NCBI RefSeq assembly: GCF_009914755.1
Contig: NC_060933.1
From: the human T2T-CHM13v2.0 reference genome, Homo sapiens
Reading direction: 5' to 3' (one strand)
Length of the DNA: 64,000 bases
Shown here piece by piece: positions 1-15,690 of this stretch. Position 1 is the stretch's first letter. Every line of letters begins with the position of its first letter. The position numbers and the translations under genes are program-made. Below the pieces are notes generated by a model that saw only the letters and a program-made list of their open reading frames with translations, did not search any database and was not told the DNA's origin.

Positions 1-2321
1 TTGCACAAGACCAAGGTTTCTCCATGTTCTTTATTTCTCCTTTTCTTTCACAACTTTTTCTAAAGGAGTGATATTTCTTGCCGGTCTAGTTCCTCAACCT
101 CAAAATTCGAGGAATTTGCAAATAGTTATCTCACATGGCCCTGCCTTAAAGTTTCCTCGTGAACGCTTCCATCCCACGTCTAAAAGTATGTCTATAAAGA
201 GCAGATCTTTGGGTCCTTGGTGCACTGGAAAATTTTAAATGCCAAAGCAGTATTATTTATACTTGCCCTTGAGTGCAAATGTTCCTCTGAGAATAACACT
301 TAAGGATTCTTTGTATATAAGGAATGGCTTCATTAGACGTTTAAGACTTAAGGGACCAGGGCATCATGTTTTCAATAGAGGCTTCTAGATTTATTTATTT
401 GCTTCTCAGCATGACAAAGTTTGGCTAATTGATCTGTTGAGGAGGAATAAATCCATGCACATTTACAGCTCCTCCCAGTCACACTGAAGACTGAGCTACA
501 CTGGTCCTGTCCTTATCATTTATGCTGCCAAGTAAAATACAGTCCTTCATGTTTTACTCACGTGTACCAGAAAACCAGCACCAGAGAAGGACTTCTAACC
601 AGGTAAACCCTCCATTTAGAAGAACGTGTCTCCTAGGCTCTTGCAAGGGGATGGATCTCATTATTCAAAGTATCAAACAGGCAGAAGATTTGAAATGCCA
701 ATAATTTTTTTGTGTATGCCGATAAATGCTTTCTTCTGAAGAGTATCAGGAATTCACTTTAATAGGACCAAGTGTTTATTGATCAGTTATTTTGTATTAG
801 GCATAAGGATGGGAGAATACAGAGTTGATTAAAGCCCAGCACTACTGGTAGAAATATACATCTCACATCTGAGTGGTGTTTTACAGGTCATTCTGTATTT
901 GCCCATCATCTTTCAGTTCCCCCAATCTCCTTGAGAGTCTATACTCTTTCATAGAAACCAAAGATCAAAGAGGAGACTTGACTTACAGAGGATGCACAAA
1001 GAGTCTACCTATGAGTCCGTGTCAACTCCCCCAGGTTCCTGCTTCTCAGGTTTTCCCTAGGGCCATGGGTTGTTTTTCTAGGAGGCAAGAACCTAGGATC
1101 TAGACTACTTGGGGATGACAAATGTTGAATTGAAATGAAGGAGGAAAATGTCCATAAGATCTCAACATGGGGCAGTGCAAAAGGAGAGCATGGCCAGATG
1201 GTGATCTGGGGAGGAGATAATTGCAGCAAGCACGGAACTTCTGACATGGCTCTGGGCAAGCCCACCCCTGACAGATTGGCCAGAGGGTAACCTTAGAGCA
1301 GGCCCAGACTTCAGTTATATATCAGGTGTTTTTAGGACATCCAAATGTCTGCCCAGAAACCAAGAGCTTTAGACTTTTCCCAGCCTCTTCTGAGATACTG
1401 GAGGTTCCAGGGGTTACAGCAACTGAGGTTTCTGGGCAAGGAATGTAGTCCCAGCTACCTGGAAAGAAGGCCAAAGATTTGCTGTAACTTTTTCTCCCTG
1501 AGTAGCCTTCACAGACGCTTTGGTCGTAATCTGACTGCTCAGCACTTTAGAATCCGTTACCAGAAGCTTCAGTGGACCTGTTGTAGTTCACCCTTAAGAT
1601 CAAGAAGAGTAATAATAAAAAATGAAAGAGAAATTGGTTTCTCAGTAGAATTGAATAATTCTTTTTCATTTGCACAAAAGTAAACACCTGGATGAACTCC
1701 TGCTGCTACCTTGCACTGCAGCATCCAGAGCACTTATATATTATTGCATGCCATTTCATGGTGATATTAGTAATTGTTATTTTCTCTGAGTGATGAGGAA
1801 ATTGAGACTCAGAGAAGTTAGTATTTGAGTTTCCGTATCCAAAGCTGCTGCTTGTTCTATCACATTAGTGGTGGTTCCATGATACTTGATGAAACTCAAG
1901 ACAACCCATGAAGATAATTTTGGGATGCTTTAGTAGAGAAAGAGAGGGCCAAGAGGCCTGCACCCTAACCTTGATTCAACCAAAGCAGTTACAGTTTTAA
2001 TTTATTTTATACGGTGGATTTCATGTATTATTTCATTATTGCAATTCATGATTCCTGAACTTTTAACTAACACTTTCAAGTGAATAGGCCCAAGCACCTT
2101 GGATCTGTATCCACCTATATCCAACTCTGGAGTTCTTTGAACTTTGAATCATCCTGGGTGAAGGCTCTTACAGTAACTTGGGCCTCTTTGTCATTCACGG
2201 CAAACCCAACTGGGGCAATGAGAGAGTTTTTATTCTTATTGTACCACTGAATCCTTGTGTGACTTTGAGCAAGTTACTTCTCTCTGACTTCAGTTTTTTT
2301 AATCTATAAGATGAAGACACT

Positions 2322-2944
<623 letters not shown>

Positions 2945-3127
2945 CTTTAGAAGTATATTTTTTCCTTTAGCAAAGAGTTGATATAAATAAGCAAACAAAT
3001 AAAAAAACTCTTTGTTAATTATGGTCTTGTTGCCTTGGTAAAATCTTCCTCTTTCAATTTGTGACATCATAGCACCCAAAAGTATTAAATGTAGAAGGTG
3101 ATAACAGTACCATTCCCAGAGTTTCCT

Positions 3128-3290
3128 TTAATTTAATTTACTTATTTTTTTTTACAATTTTTTTATTTTTTACAAATTTTTTACTTATTTAATTTACTTA
3201 TTAATTAATTTACTTATTTGTGTTTAAGAAACACAATTCTGTGCCTGCATATAACATTTTGTGCTTGCATATGACATTTTGTGCTTGCAT
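3128..3290. repeat. AT-rich low complexity (AATTTACTTATT x3) followed by a 20-bp tandem repeat (ATRACATTTTGTGCTTGCAT, ~2.5 copies, 3240-3290)
   Basis: Read directly from the sequence. Confidence 0.9.
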
Positions 3291-5931
3291 GGGGGATATC
3301 TTTTTTCATATCTGATGATTTTAACAAAAGCTCTTGACTTGAACAAGCCTCTCTTCTCCCTACCCCAGACATGTTCTTTTGGCCTAAACCCATACTGCCA
3401 TCACAAGGAATTTTGTTGGCTGTCTGAATTTCTTTCAAATTCTGTTACTTTGTGTTTTAATATGCACACACACATGCTCACACATACATGCTCCTCCAAT
3501 CCAAACTCTTGCACTTTTTGCTTCTCAACCAGTGATTGCATGTGGCTGGTGGTTTACTGATTGTGAAATCATCTTGAAATATCAGTGAAGAAAGTGTTCC
3601 TCCTGCATTTGTGGCTAAACTCCCCTCAGGAACTTCAGGTTTCTTTCTGCCTCCTTGGGCAGAAGGAAGCACTCACTTGGGGTGGCCCTGGGGCAGTGAA
3701 GCAAAGAGGCTGTCAAAACCAAGCCTTCTGATAATGTGCTCCTGACATTTTGTCAGATGTCTTTTGCAAACATTTGGTCCTAATGGTAATAGCATGCATC
3801 CTGCATAGAATCACTGGTGAATCTGGGCACTGCTGAGCCTGTAGGTCAGAAGGTATAGAGGGACTGTACCCTAAGCCTAGGCAGAGAGCCTCTCCAGAGC
3901 AAGAACTGAGTAGCAAACGTGGCCTTGACATTGGCTCAGTCCTTTGAGGGAGGAGGAGAGCTTTTCAAGGAAGAAGGTCAGTGCAGAGGGAAAGTTTGTG
4001 CTAGGAGCCACCAGATAGGCAAATATACAGTGAGCTGGACCCAGAGTGGGTGTCAGCATTACTTCAGTGATGGTCCCTCCATAAAAGAAGTTGCAAGGGC
4101 CTTGTACGCAGGCCTTACCTCTTGGTTTGGCTGAGCATCCAGCTAAAGCCCCTCCACCCCACCCAGCCCCTATATATGCTGCACATCCTGCACAGAGGAT
4201 TACATAAAGAGGAGGTGTGTGGAGGGAGGGCTGTGCCTGAGGGACTGGAGATTTGCACTTTCTTCCCATGTCTACCGGAAACTTACTACAAGACCTCTGG
4301 TGTAAAGATCCATCTGGTCATAGGGCTTTATTGAGCTGATTTCTAAGAGATGTTCCAGGCTTGCCTTTCTGTGATTCTTTTTAAAATTATTATTATTGTC
4401 ATCATTATTGTGCAACAGTTCATTCATCCGAACATAGGTCTAGAGATAGGAAATTCTGCAGCTTAGGAAAAACGGCAACAGAATATGTAGGACATACTTT
4501 TTCCATGCATATTCACCCAGAGACACTTTAAGAAATCAAGGTAAGTATCAAAACACAAAGGCATAGCCAACTTTCATTATATCCTATTGATATCTAATAA
4601 ACACATATCTACTATGCACCGCGCTCTGCTTATAGGACAGAAATAAAGCAGGCAGCGGCCTTGTCCTGGGAAGCTCACAGTCCCAAGGGGCCCTGACAAT
4701 CCCAAGAGCTGGGGATTTGTGATAGTGGGAGGAAGGGCAGAGCCCTGTGGGGACCTGAGGAAGAAGTGGTGCATTTACCTCTGCTTATTTCTCTTGTGGA
4801 AGTGATATGTGGGGGTGGAGGTGGCTTGAACTATTGGGGCAGCAAATAGAGGAAGTATATGCTATCAAAAATAGAGGGGCAAGGAGGAAATAAAAGTTCT
4901 TCTAATCTAACAGAAACACAGAGGGGCCTGACAAGGCTAAGGAATGAGTAATTTTCCCTGGTGCTTTTGGACCTGAGCTGTCTGTAACATGGAACTGGGT
5001 TCAGGAAAGGGAACCTGCCACAGCCACATTGTGACACTTGCCTGATGTGAAAAGGCAGAGCAGTGGGTGCTCTGGAATCCCTTAGTAAGGGATATATAGG
5101 GGGGCTTCCCATGGGAGGATAAGGAGGTTGCTCCCAGAGGTTTTGTGTTCCTGTTTAGGCCACCTGGTGTGGCCACTATTGCAGATGGGGACAGGCTGGG
5201 CCCAGAGATGCCTTCTGTTCCGTTCCTGGACTCAGTGCTGAGGATGTGAGCCTCCCATCCCAACGAGGGCCTCTGTGTATCTCGGCTGCAGTGGTCCGTG
5301 CAGAAAGGGAAGACTGACCAGGGAACCAGCGGCTATCATGCTATCATGACACAGGACCCTCAAAGTCTCCCTGCCATGGAATGTGGGCATGGCATCTGTA
5401 ACTGTCCTTTGTTTTACTTCCCTGGAACCCAAGTTAGGTCCTTTGGCCCTTTATGCACAAGCTCAAACACTCTTCCACCTGAGAATTCACAGAACAATCC
5501 ATCCGCTCATTGTCTCCAGCCATTGCATGTTATACACAGTCCCTGGCCCATAGTCAGCAGTCAATAAATATTTAATGGCTGAATAAATAATCAAATGACT
5601 TTAATAAACAAATGAAGAAAATACAGAAAGTGATCATAATGAAGTGTAACAGAGGGCTCTTTGGGATGGCATGTGAGCTGGGGCCTTAGATGCTCAGGGC
5701 CTCAGCAGCTCTCCCTTCTGTAGGCACGGAAGTCAGAGAGGCACCCCAGCAGGAAAGAGAGCATGTACAAAGCCGTGGACGTGCTAAGTCATGAGATCCA
5801 TTTAGGGAATGTCAAGCTAGTGCCCAGGTTTTAGGGAAATATGAGCCTAGAGGGACTGGCTGAGGATAAGTCATGAAAGCATGCAATAGAGTTCAGATTT
5901 CATCTCATCAGAAAAAAGAAAAAAGAAACTA

Positions 5932-6313
<382 letters not shown>

Positions 6314-6744
6314 CTAAAACATTCTTGAGTTGACTTTAATATTTCTTTGTCACCCTTAAACAATGCTGTGTTTCTGCTGAACACTCTAGGCTTTCCAAAT
6401 GTGGGTATGCCCCACTTTTGTTTCTGCCTCTGCTGATGCTGGCCCACACTGATGCCTCTCTGCCACCTTTTCCCCCACACTGTAGCCTCCAAAGTCCAAA
6501 AAGCTAAGGGGGGATAGAATCAGTCATGGGAGCTATAAGTCTTGGGGAATTCCATGATCATTTTATTTCAATGTTGCTGAGGCCAGAGCACCAAGGGGCT
6601 TAATAGAGCATCATAGAACTCAATAGCTCTCAACCCCCAAGTCAGAGAGCTCCTTTAAAAGTCCTCATTGAGATTATTTATTAAGTCAATCCTCATACCT
6701 CCTCTTCAAGGCAATTCCAGCAAAGAATATCAGTGGCTGGGTTC

Positions 6745-6833
6745 AAGCCTTCAGAATTGACAGAGAATACATGTTCATGGTTTAAGCCATCCAGTCGTGG
6801 AACTCTGTCACAGCAGCCCTGAAAAACGAATAC
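6745..6833 (+). mobile_element. MLT1 (MaLR) LTR 3' fragment
   Basis: TTTAAGCCATCCAGT...GCAGCCCTGAAAAACGAATAC resembles an MLT1 LTR end (compare 27578-27632). Confidence 0.6.
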
Positions 6834-7199
6834 CCACACATATTCCAAAAGGGACTGAGAGCCTTTAAAGCCGTCTTATCTTCCTGTCCCAGGAGCAGTG
6901 CTCTTGCCTGTATTCGAGGTGGACTGTATTCCTGGGCAGCAAGGTCCAGTGAGTTCTTAAGAGCATTCTGAAGTACCTGCAGTCACATTGCTACATCCCA
7001 CTGGTGCTCAACAATGCTTTAGTTTAACCAGATTTTAAGTCATGGCTAAACCTTCATTAGAACAATGATGACGGGAATTCAGAATATGGGAAGTATTCAT
7101 CGTATTCTTTCTTTGTAAAACTTTCCATTTTGTGCGGCCTCTGCCAGTTCTCTGCCATTTGCACACATACATGTGTACTTGCAACCTTAGTCCACATTC

Positions 7200-8960
7200 A
7201 TCTTTGTGAAGTCTCCTCTTTTCCCTGCATGATATTGTTACATCATCTTATAATGTCTGCCTAATATTCCATCTGGTCGTTATACCGCAATTATTTCACC
7301 ATTACACTCTTGTCGGTCATTAATTTGAACTTTTTTTTTCTTTTTTACTCATTTAGATAATGTTACAAAGAACATTTTGTGTGTATAAACATGTTATTCT
7401 TTTGGATTATTTCTTTTGGATGCATTTCTAGGATCCATTTACTGGCTCAAAGAGTACACAGAGTGTCAAGGATTTTGTTACATATAATTACACTTTTTTT
7501 TTTTTAAGAATCTAGCTGCTTTTTTTTCTTTAATTTTCTTTCTTTATTTTCTTTCTTTTGTTTCTCTCTTTTTCTTTCTTTCTTTTCTTTCTTTTCTTTT
7601 CCTTTCTTTCCTTTCTTTTCCTTTCTTGTCCTTTCTTTTCCTTTCTTTCTTTCTTTCTTTTTTTTTTGACAAGGTCTTGCTCTGTTGCCCAGGCTGGGGT
7701 ACAGTGGCCCGATCATGGCTCACTGCAGCTTCAACCTCCTGGGCTCAAGTGATCTTCCCATTTCAATAGTTGACTCATTTTAATAGTTTATTAAATGGCC
7801 TCCTGAGTAGCTGGGTCTACAAGAGTGTGCCACCACGCCCTACTAATTTTTGTATTTTTCCTAGAGATGAGATTTCACCGTGTTGCCCAGACTGGTACTT
7901 TTTATTTTTATCCTTTAAAAATAAATTATATTATGTTTATTTAAGGTATACAACATGTTATGCAATACACATAGCAAAAAGGTTACTATAGTGAAGCAAA
8001 TTCACATACTCATTATCTCCCATAGTTACCTATTGTTTTTGTTTTGTTTTTATGATAAGTGCAGCTAAAATCTACTCACTTAGCATGGATTCCACATAAG
8101 TACAATTTTATTGCCTATAGTCCTCATGTTGTACATTAGCTCTTTAGACTTGTTTGTTCTCCATATTTTATTAAACTATTTTTTGAAAATAGTTTAACAA
8201 ACTAAAAAAATACAGGGCTACCAGAAAGTATGTATCAAATAGTGCTTCCTTACACTTTGCATTTTTATTTTCTGGATTAAAATGTATATATTTCTTCTAC
8301 AGGACTGTCCTTGTGTTAATTGATATTTACCAACTTGGGTCCTAATTATACTGGCTGTTTATACATCACAGACACTAAGTCAAACTATCTGTGCCATGTT
8401 TTTGAAAACAGTTTCTCTTTTTGCTTCAGTGGCACTTGTTTTCATTAAAGAGAGTTACATTTTATTCACAGGAAGTTGTTAGAGGGTTGAATTTTTTGTT
8501 CTTTTGACACACTATTTATTTGCTATTTACCAAATATTCGTCTAAAATTATGATTAAATATTCAGTTCTGTTATTTCTGTGGCTCATTATAATCGTTCAT
8601 TTTCAACCCATTTGGAGTTTTTTATATAAGCTGTAATCTAAATTAATTTATCTCTAAATTGTGATCCAGTTACATAAAATAAGTACTTATATGTGTTAAT
8701 TATCCCAGTTAGTTTTGATGCTGACTTAATCACATGCTAAATTATGCCATGGACTTTTTCCGTTATAAAAATTTATGTTCTTTACTCTGTAAGTATTATA
8801 CATTTTTATTATTGTTGCTTTGTGATATGGTCTGCTTCTATTATTGCTTTTTTTAGCATTATTTTTGTGCGTGTGTTCTCATGCATTTATTTTTCTTAAG
8901 AGTTTTAGATTAATCTGTGCAGTTCTAAAAGGAGATCATTTGATATTTGGGTTAGGGCCT
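7200..8960 (-). mobile_element. Old L1 (L1M-type) fragments, antisense, interrupted by an Alu
   Basis: T-rich sequence with L1 3'-region motifs in antisense (TAATATTCCATC, ATTTCTAGG..TTACTGGCTCAAAGAGTA, TATAGTCCTCATGTTGTACATTAG); boundaries approximate. Confidence 0.6.
7520..7895 (-). mobile_element. AluJ-like, 5'-truncated, with long CT-rich tail and an internal insertion
   Basis: GACAAGGTCTTGCTCTGTTGCCCAGGCTGG...GATCATGGCTCACTGCAGC; pyrimidine tract 7520-7668. Confidence 0.9.
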
Positions 8961-10013
8961 ACATAAGCTTGCCTCCATTATTGGGTGGGTCAGGATAGAA
9001 TGGCCTGGAGCAGTTTGTTCTAAGTGGTGTGGTTGCATGGAAAGAGCTGGGCTTTACAATTGGATATGTCTAGGGATGAGCCCCATCCTACCACCGGCTA
9101 GCTTGTCCAGGCTGAGTAACCCCCCAGAGCCTAATTCCCTTCTTAACCACATAGGGGTAGCACAGCCCACCTCAGGTGGAGTTGTTATCTTGGCTCTGCC
9201 ACTGCCTGCCTGTCGCTCAATCATTTCCTTACATCTCTCTCAGAAGGGGGTCATTCTAATTAAATGAGAGAAAAAGGCATCTGAAACATTCAGCGTAATG
9301 TCTGCCACAATATCAGCAGCTAATTTTCATTTCCTTTTTATTTTCTCCCAATCACAATTTGTAGCTTCATTTGAACTTCTTAAGCTCCCTCCAAATGTGG
9401 ATGTGTTTGAAATGGATTCCTCTGTCTCTTTACATGTGCATAGCTGTTTCTGACTGACACTCAAGGATGTTGTAGATTATTGTCCTTTTCTTTTGTTCTC
9501 TGCCCCTTTGTGAAGCTCTTGTAACACTGTGGGTGGTCCATGGTTCTTTTCAGGCTCTTATGGATTTTTTAGGTAGGTGCAGAGCTACCTTTTGGCTGAA
9601 GCCTTCTGAAAGTCATGGCTGTGTTCCTAAACAGAGGCTAGAAACTGTCAGTTCCTTGAGCCATGTTAAGGGTGGCCTCTACCAAAATTTAGGAGCTATT
9701 CTTGGTTCGCTCCCTCGAGGACTGTACTCTTGGGTATCCAATCTTTGAACCTCTCACCAAAAGAGCTAAGTTCTTCCATAGGAGGATTTCATGTCTGATT
9801 TCCACCTGTGCCTCACTCCCACCCTGTCCTCAGCCAGAACCCACATGACCTATGGTATTTTCAGATTAGGAGTCTCCTTTTGGCATCCTGTGGACTTTTC
9901 ACTATTGCAAATGCACATCCACCAAGCAAGTAGTCCACTCCAGAGCAAGGTAACATGTGATGTAGCCGACTCAGGCATCTGAGAATGGGGTTCTCATCTT
10001 GGTTCTGCCACTA

Positions 10014-10365
10014 CCAGGAAGGATATTGGGGATGTAGAAATAAGTCAGCCCTGCAGTCACTTGTAGGCTAGAGAAGAGCCAAGACTCTTCACAAAGCTGC
10101 CAATCTTGTTTTAACCAGACCGCGTTGTTACAACCAAACTGGGAACCACCATGCCATCAACATTCCTTAGTTGGAGTGGGAGAGAATCAGTTTCCCAGGA
10201 AAGCGTGGTGCTGCAACTACAATATAGAGAAATGGGGGCAAGAAATGGGGGACATGCAAATCAAGAGATTTCTGATAGTTGCTCCTCAATACCCCCAGTT
10301 AAGGGCTTAAAATTAAAAGCCCAAATCTCAAAAGCTCATTAGCCTTTTGAGGTAACATGAATATG
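10014..10365 (+). repeat. Local dispersed duplication, copy 1 (~352 bp)
   Basis: Near-identical to 13040-13392. Confidence 0.97.
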
Positions 10366-13039
10366 GCTGTATCTCATTCATTTATTTACATCTCTCTCTT
10401 TTCCAAAAAGTATTTGAAATTGCTTTACAACTACAGGAAAAAGTAGAAATCATAAAATGAGAAGGAATAAAATAGGAAAGTTAGGGACTGGAGAAAAAAA
10501 GTGGAGTCAGAAATGACAGAAACACAAGTACGAACCCCTGTGCACTTGTATTTGACCACATTTGACCTTGAGTTTCCTAGCAGTCCGAAGAAACAGAAAT
10601 GTTTTGGGCAAATTAGTTTATCTCTAAATCTCGGTTTGATCGTTGACAAAATGGAAATAGAAACACCTCCATCAGAAGATTGTTCTGAAGATGACATGAA
10701 ATAAGGGATGCAAAACCCTTAGGTACAAATGTGTAACACAGTAGGGACCCCACAATTGCTAGTTTGTTGTTGTTACTGTTATTTCTGTTAGCAGCTGCTT
10801 TGGGGTTAGACATCAGTACTGTAGCTGGTGCATAGGTTGACTCAGCTCCAGAGGTCCTGTCCCCTTTTCAGCGTGGCACAGTCTGAGAAATGACGATGTG
10901 AAGTTAACTATACCACTGATATAAATGTGAGGTGTGAGAAATTAATTTGCTTCCAAGAGGTATGATGACAGGTAAGGACAGCGATGTCACTTTGTGTCAT
11001 AGGACACAAAGGAACAATACCAATTAGATGGAATAGATGTCCCACGTATTCCAACCCACTGGCCAAAGAAGTGGCTTCAATAGAAGCAAATGCTAGAGCT
11101 TAAAGGAAGCCTCCACAGCTCAACCTCCTCTCTTTTCAGGGGGAGGGGGAGAGTTGAGTTTTCTAGCATTACACAGATAAATGCTGAAATTCCAGTTCTT
11201 TCTCTTAAAGTACCCATGGATGGGAGGTGACAAACGTGGATTTGAAGTAAAGAAAAAAAAATGCTGATTTATTTATAGTTTAGGGAAGTGAAAGTCAGCT
11301 TGAGTTCGGACCGTTCATGTTTCATTGTTATTACTTTCAGCGCAGTGCAGTTGTCCATCCTTCTTCTTTCCTCTGCTGGCCCTGGCAAGTCAGATCCCCT
11401 GGAAACAGAGGTCTTATGCGATTTCTATCTGATATGAAGGAATGTAGGTATTTAAAGGACCTTGTTTTCCTAAATGCTTTTATATTTTGACAGAGAGTCC
11501 CACTCGAGCACATCTTTGGGCTATTTAAAACTTACAGAGGAATGCCTTCTGCATGTGCACATGTGCCCTGGAATCTAGGCAGAAGACCGGTTTATTTTGA
11601 CTGGTGGTATTTGACAATCTGAATCACAGGCCAAGTTCGTCACGGGCTCCTCTCTGCCTATTCCTAGCGATTGAAAGCCCACATACATGTAAGAAGCAGT
11701 CAGAATGGTTATGATGAAATGATGTAGAAAGAGAACTAGCTCCTAGCACGTGGTTAAATTCCTCGTATCCAGGCCACTTTGGGCCACATGTATGGCTCCC
11801 ACTTTCACATGCACCCTCATCTTCCCATCCCATCAACTCGGGGAGGAGGGTGATATGATCAGCCTACGCTGTTCACAAGGCCACTCGGAGAAGTGGGCTG
11901 ATGTGCTAGGATCACGGTCCTAAGACAACCCAGGTTCCAGACTCCAGCCAAGCCTAGCACCACTTCCTTGATACCACTGCCATCTATTCTTGGCAAAAAG
12001 AAAAGGAAAGGAAGCAAACAACTCCAAACCCCAAATTAAATCAATGATTTCCAAACAAGCTTTATTTTCTCCAGTCTCTGCGCAGCCTTTGGATGACCAC
12101 TTTGGTATTAGCTCTCCCTTACTCAACTGCGTGCCTGGCAGATGAGTGTTCATACTCTTTGGTACAGTGGCAAAGCAATTGGATGATTTTAAATAATTTA
12201 TTTGTGAGGTCCAAAGCAGTGGTGTCTGTGTATCTGGCGAGTTGTACTTCCTCTCTTCCCTCTCCTATTTCCCTTTCTGAATTGGTCACTTGGAATGCTG
12301 GGCTCCATGCGCATCTGTGTGCACTTGAGATCTGAAACCCAAGTGGGTGCCACCACCAGCTGCAGAAGCACGCCACTCGCTGTCATTTTTGGAAACCAAA
12401 AATGACTGGTCACATAACGGTGATTAGATAAAGCTTGTAATTTGTGTTTGCTGTAGTCAGCGACGTGGTATTTTGGGACAAACAGCCACTCTATGCTACA
12501 TATAGCTTGGAATTTGCGGCTTTTTTGTAACCTGCCATTGTATGGTCAAGGAGGTAACAGAGAAAGAGGGGAGAGAGAATGGATGAAGGGAGAAAGGTCA
12601 GGAAGCCCCTCTCAGCAGACAGGCAGAGGACTTTGAGCTTTAGAGCTCAAAGAGCCCATAGAAAAATCTGTAGGTGACTCACCCTTAAGAGGGACCCCTT
12701 TCAATGTCAGGCACTGCCTGGCTTCCTGATAGTACAACCTTCCTTTCCTGACAGCTGGAGCCTCTTGACTCCCAGTGAGAGTCTCAGCCTTACCCCAGGC
12801 TTGGGAAGAAACCCTTATCTGAGCCGGAGCATGGCTGAAGCAGCTCAAGTTCAATTCTCCAGTTACTCAGCTTCTTAGTCTGGCTGATAGGTATTCTCTG
12901 ATTGGCTGCTCAGTTCTAAAAGGCTTTCCTGTCCCCAGTTCTAGAAAAAATGTCCTTGCCTTTCCCTGAGTTCATGTCTCAGCTGGATAAAACCCTTTTT
13001 TGTTCACTAAACATTGACCAAGGGCCTTTACATATCAGG

Positions 13040-13392
13040 CCAGGAAGGATATTGGGGATGTAGAAATAAGTCAGCCCTGCAGTCACTTGTAGGATAGGGA
13101 AGAGCCAAGACTCTTTAGGAAGCCGCCAATCTTGTTTTAACCAGACCCTGTTGTTACAAGCAAACTGGGAACCACCATCCCATCAACATCCCCTAGTTGG
13201 AGTGGGAGAGAATCAATTTCTCAGGAAAGCGTCATGCTGCGACTGCAATGTAGAGAAATGGGGGCAAGAAATGGGGGAACATGCAAATCAAGAGATTTCT
13301 GATAGTTGCTCATCAATACCTCCAGTTAAGGGCTTAAAATTAAAAGCCCAAATCTCAAAAGCTCATTAGCCTTTTGAGGTAACATGAATATG
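13040..13392 (+). repeat. Local dispersed duplication, copy 2 (~353 bp)
   Basis: Near-identical to 10014-10365 (about 21 substitutions + 1 indel by manual count). Confidence 0.97.
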
Positions 13393-13531
13393 CAATAGAA
13401 TGATCAATACTTGGTGAATTGTTTGTCTGGCAAATAAAGAACAATTTGTGTTCCAATGGGAATCTTCAAGGACTTGCAGGTACTCCACAACATGACAAGA
13501 AACACTGATTACATAGAAGAAATCTTACTTA

Positions 13532-13924
<393 letters not shown>

Positions 13925-14274
13925 CTACTCCTGAAGGTGTGGGTTGGGAGCTGTTGGGGACCTGCTTCTCATGGGTTCTGAGAACAACCACTCACTGCTT
14001 CAGGTGGAGGTGCTGCCTTTGCCATCATTTAGGTTTCCTTTTGGGCTTCCAAACTCATGCCTTGAAAGCATTTCCCAGGTGCCATTTCAGACTCTAGCTC
14101 AATTCTCTCTGCTGTTGACACTGCCGTTTGCTCCAGAAATACACAATGGGGACTAGAAGGAAGGGTTTTCTGTAGCATTAGTATTCCTTTAAAAAATTTT
14201 AAAACTAGAACCCAGAATCCTTATTAGGTTACATTAAAAAGTCTTTTAGCCATCCCCCTGTCTAATATTTTGTG

Positions 14275-14530
14275 AAGTGTGTTCCAGGGAACCAAGTTCT
14301 ACAGGATTCTGAGGATTACATGAGAAAAGGGGCAGGGATATGATGGAGACCTCTAAGTTCAAATAAATTTCTGGAATGCTGACTTTAAATAAAGTTAAAC
14401 AGGTGTCTTTACTGTAAGAGTTCTCAGACTTTCAAATGCCTCAAATCTGTGGTAGATCTCTAAGAGGAGCAGGTAGTTAACTATGATTATAAAAGTTATT
14501 TGACAATGGAATTTTTGTTCTGAGGTGAGA
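14275..14530. mobile_element. Probable old hAT-Charlie fossil (MER113-like)
   Basis: AAATAAAGTTAAACAGGTGTCTTTACTGTAAGAGTTCTCAGA resembles a recalled Charlie-family consensus; family uncertain. Confidence 0.4.
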
Positions 14531-14575
14531 CAGAGTAGCACACAGATCTGAGTTTTATATTAAGCCAATATTTAG

Positions 14576-14899
<324 letters not shown>

Positions 14900-15330
14900 T
14901 AGATTATAATCAGATCTTTCCTAGTTCTTCAGCTGATTGCTTAAGCCCCAAATGCCCTGTTAGCAGAGAGTCCCATTCCCTGGAATTATCCAGGAGCACT
15001 GTGCCTACCCAGGACCATTGCTGCACTGTATTTCCCTGCCTCCAAGTTGCTCTTGAGAATACCGGCCTGCCCATTCTGGCATGCCATTGTTAGTCCCATC
15101 CTAAGTCCCTTTCAAGGTGACTTCTGCTTTTACTAGTCTTTTTGTTCTGATTCTTTCATGCTCAGTCATTGTTCCCCAAAGCAGAACAGCTATGTCTGGG
15201 GCTCTGGGTCCAGGGGAGCTCCCTGCACTGAGAGCACACCAGGACAAGACCAGCCCTTCCCATAGACACTTAGGTTCTTCTGCTGAGCCTCTCTGCTCAT
15301 GGCGTGGACACCTTATTACTCTAAAGATGA

Positions 15331-15690
<360 letters not shown>

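Noticed and set aside
10125-13369. Paralogous-looking ORFs ending ISDSCSSIPPVKGLKLKAQISKAH
   Set aside because: By-product of the 350-bp DNA duplication; the frames differ by an indel and there is no coding signature.
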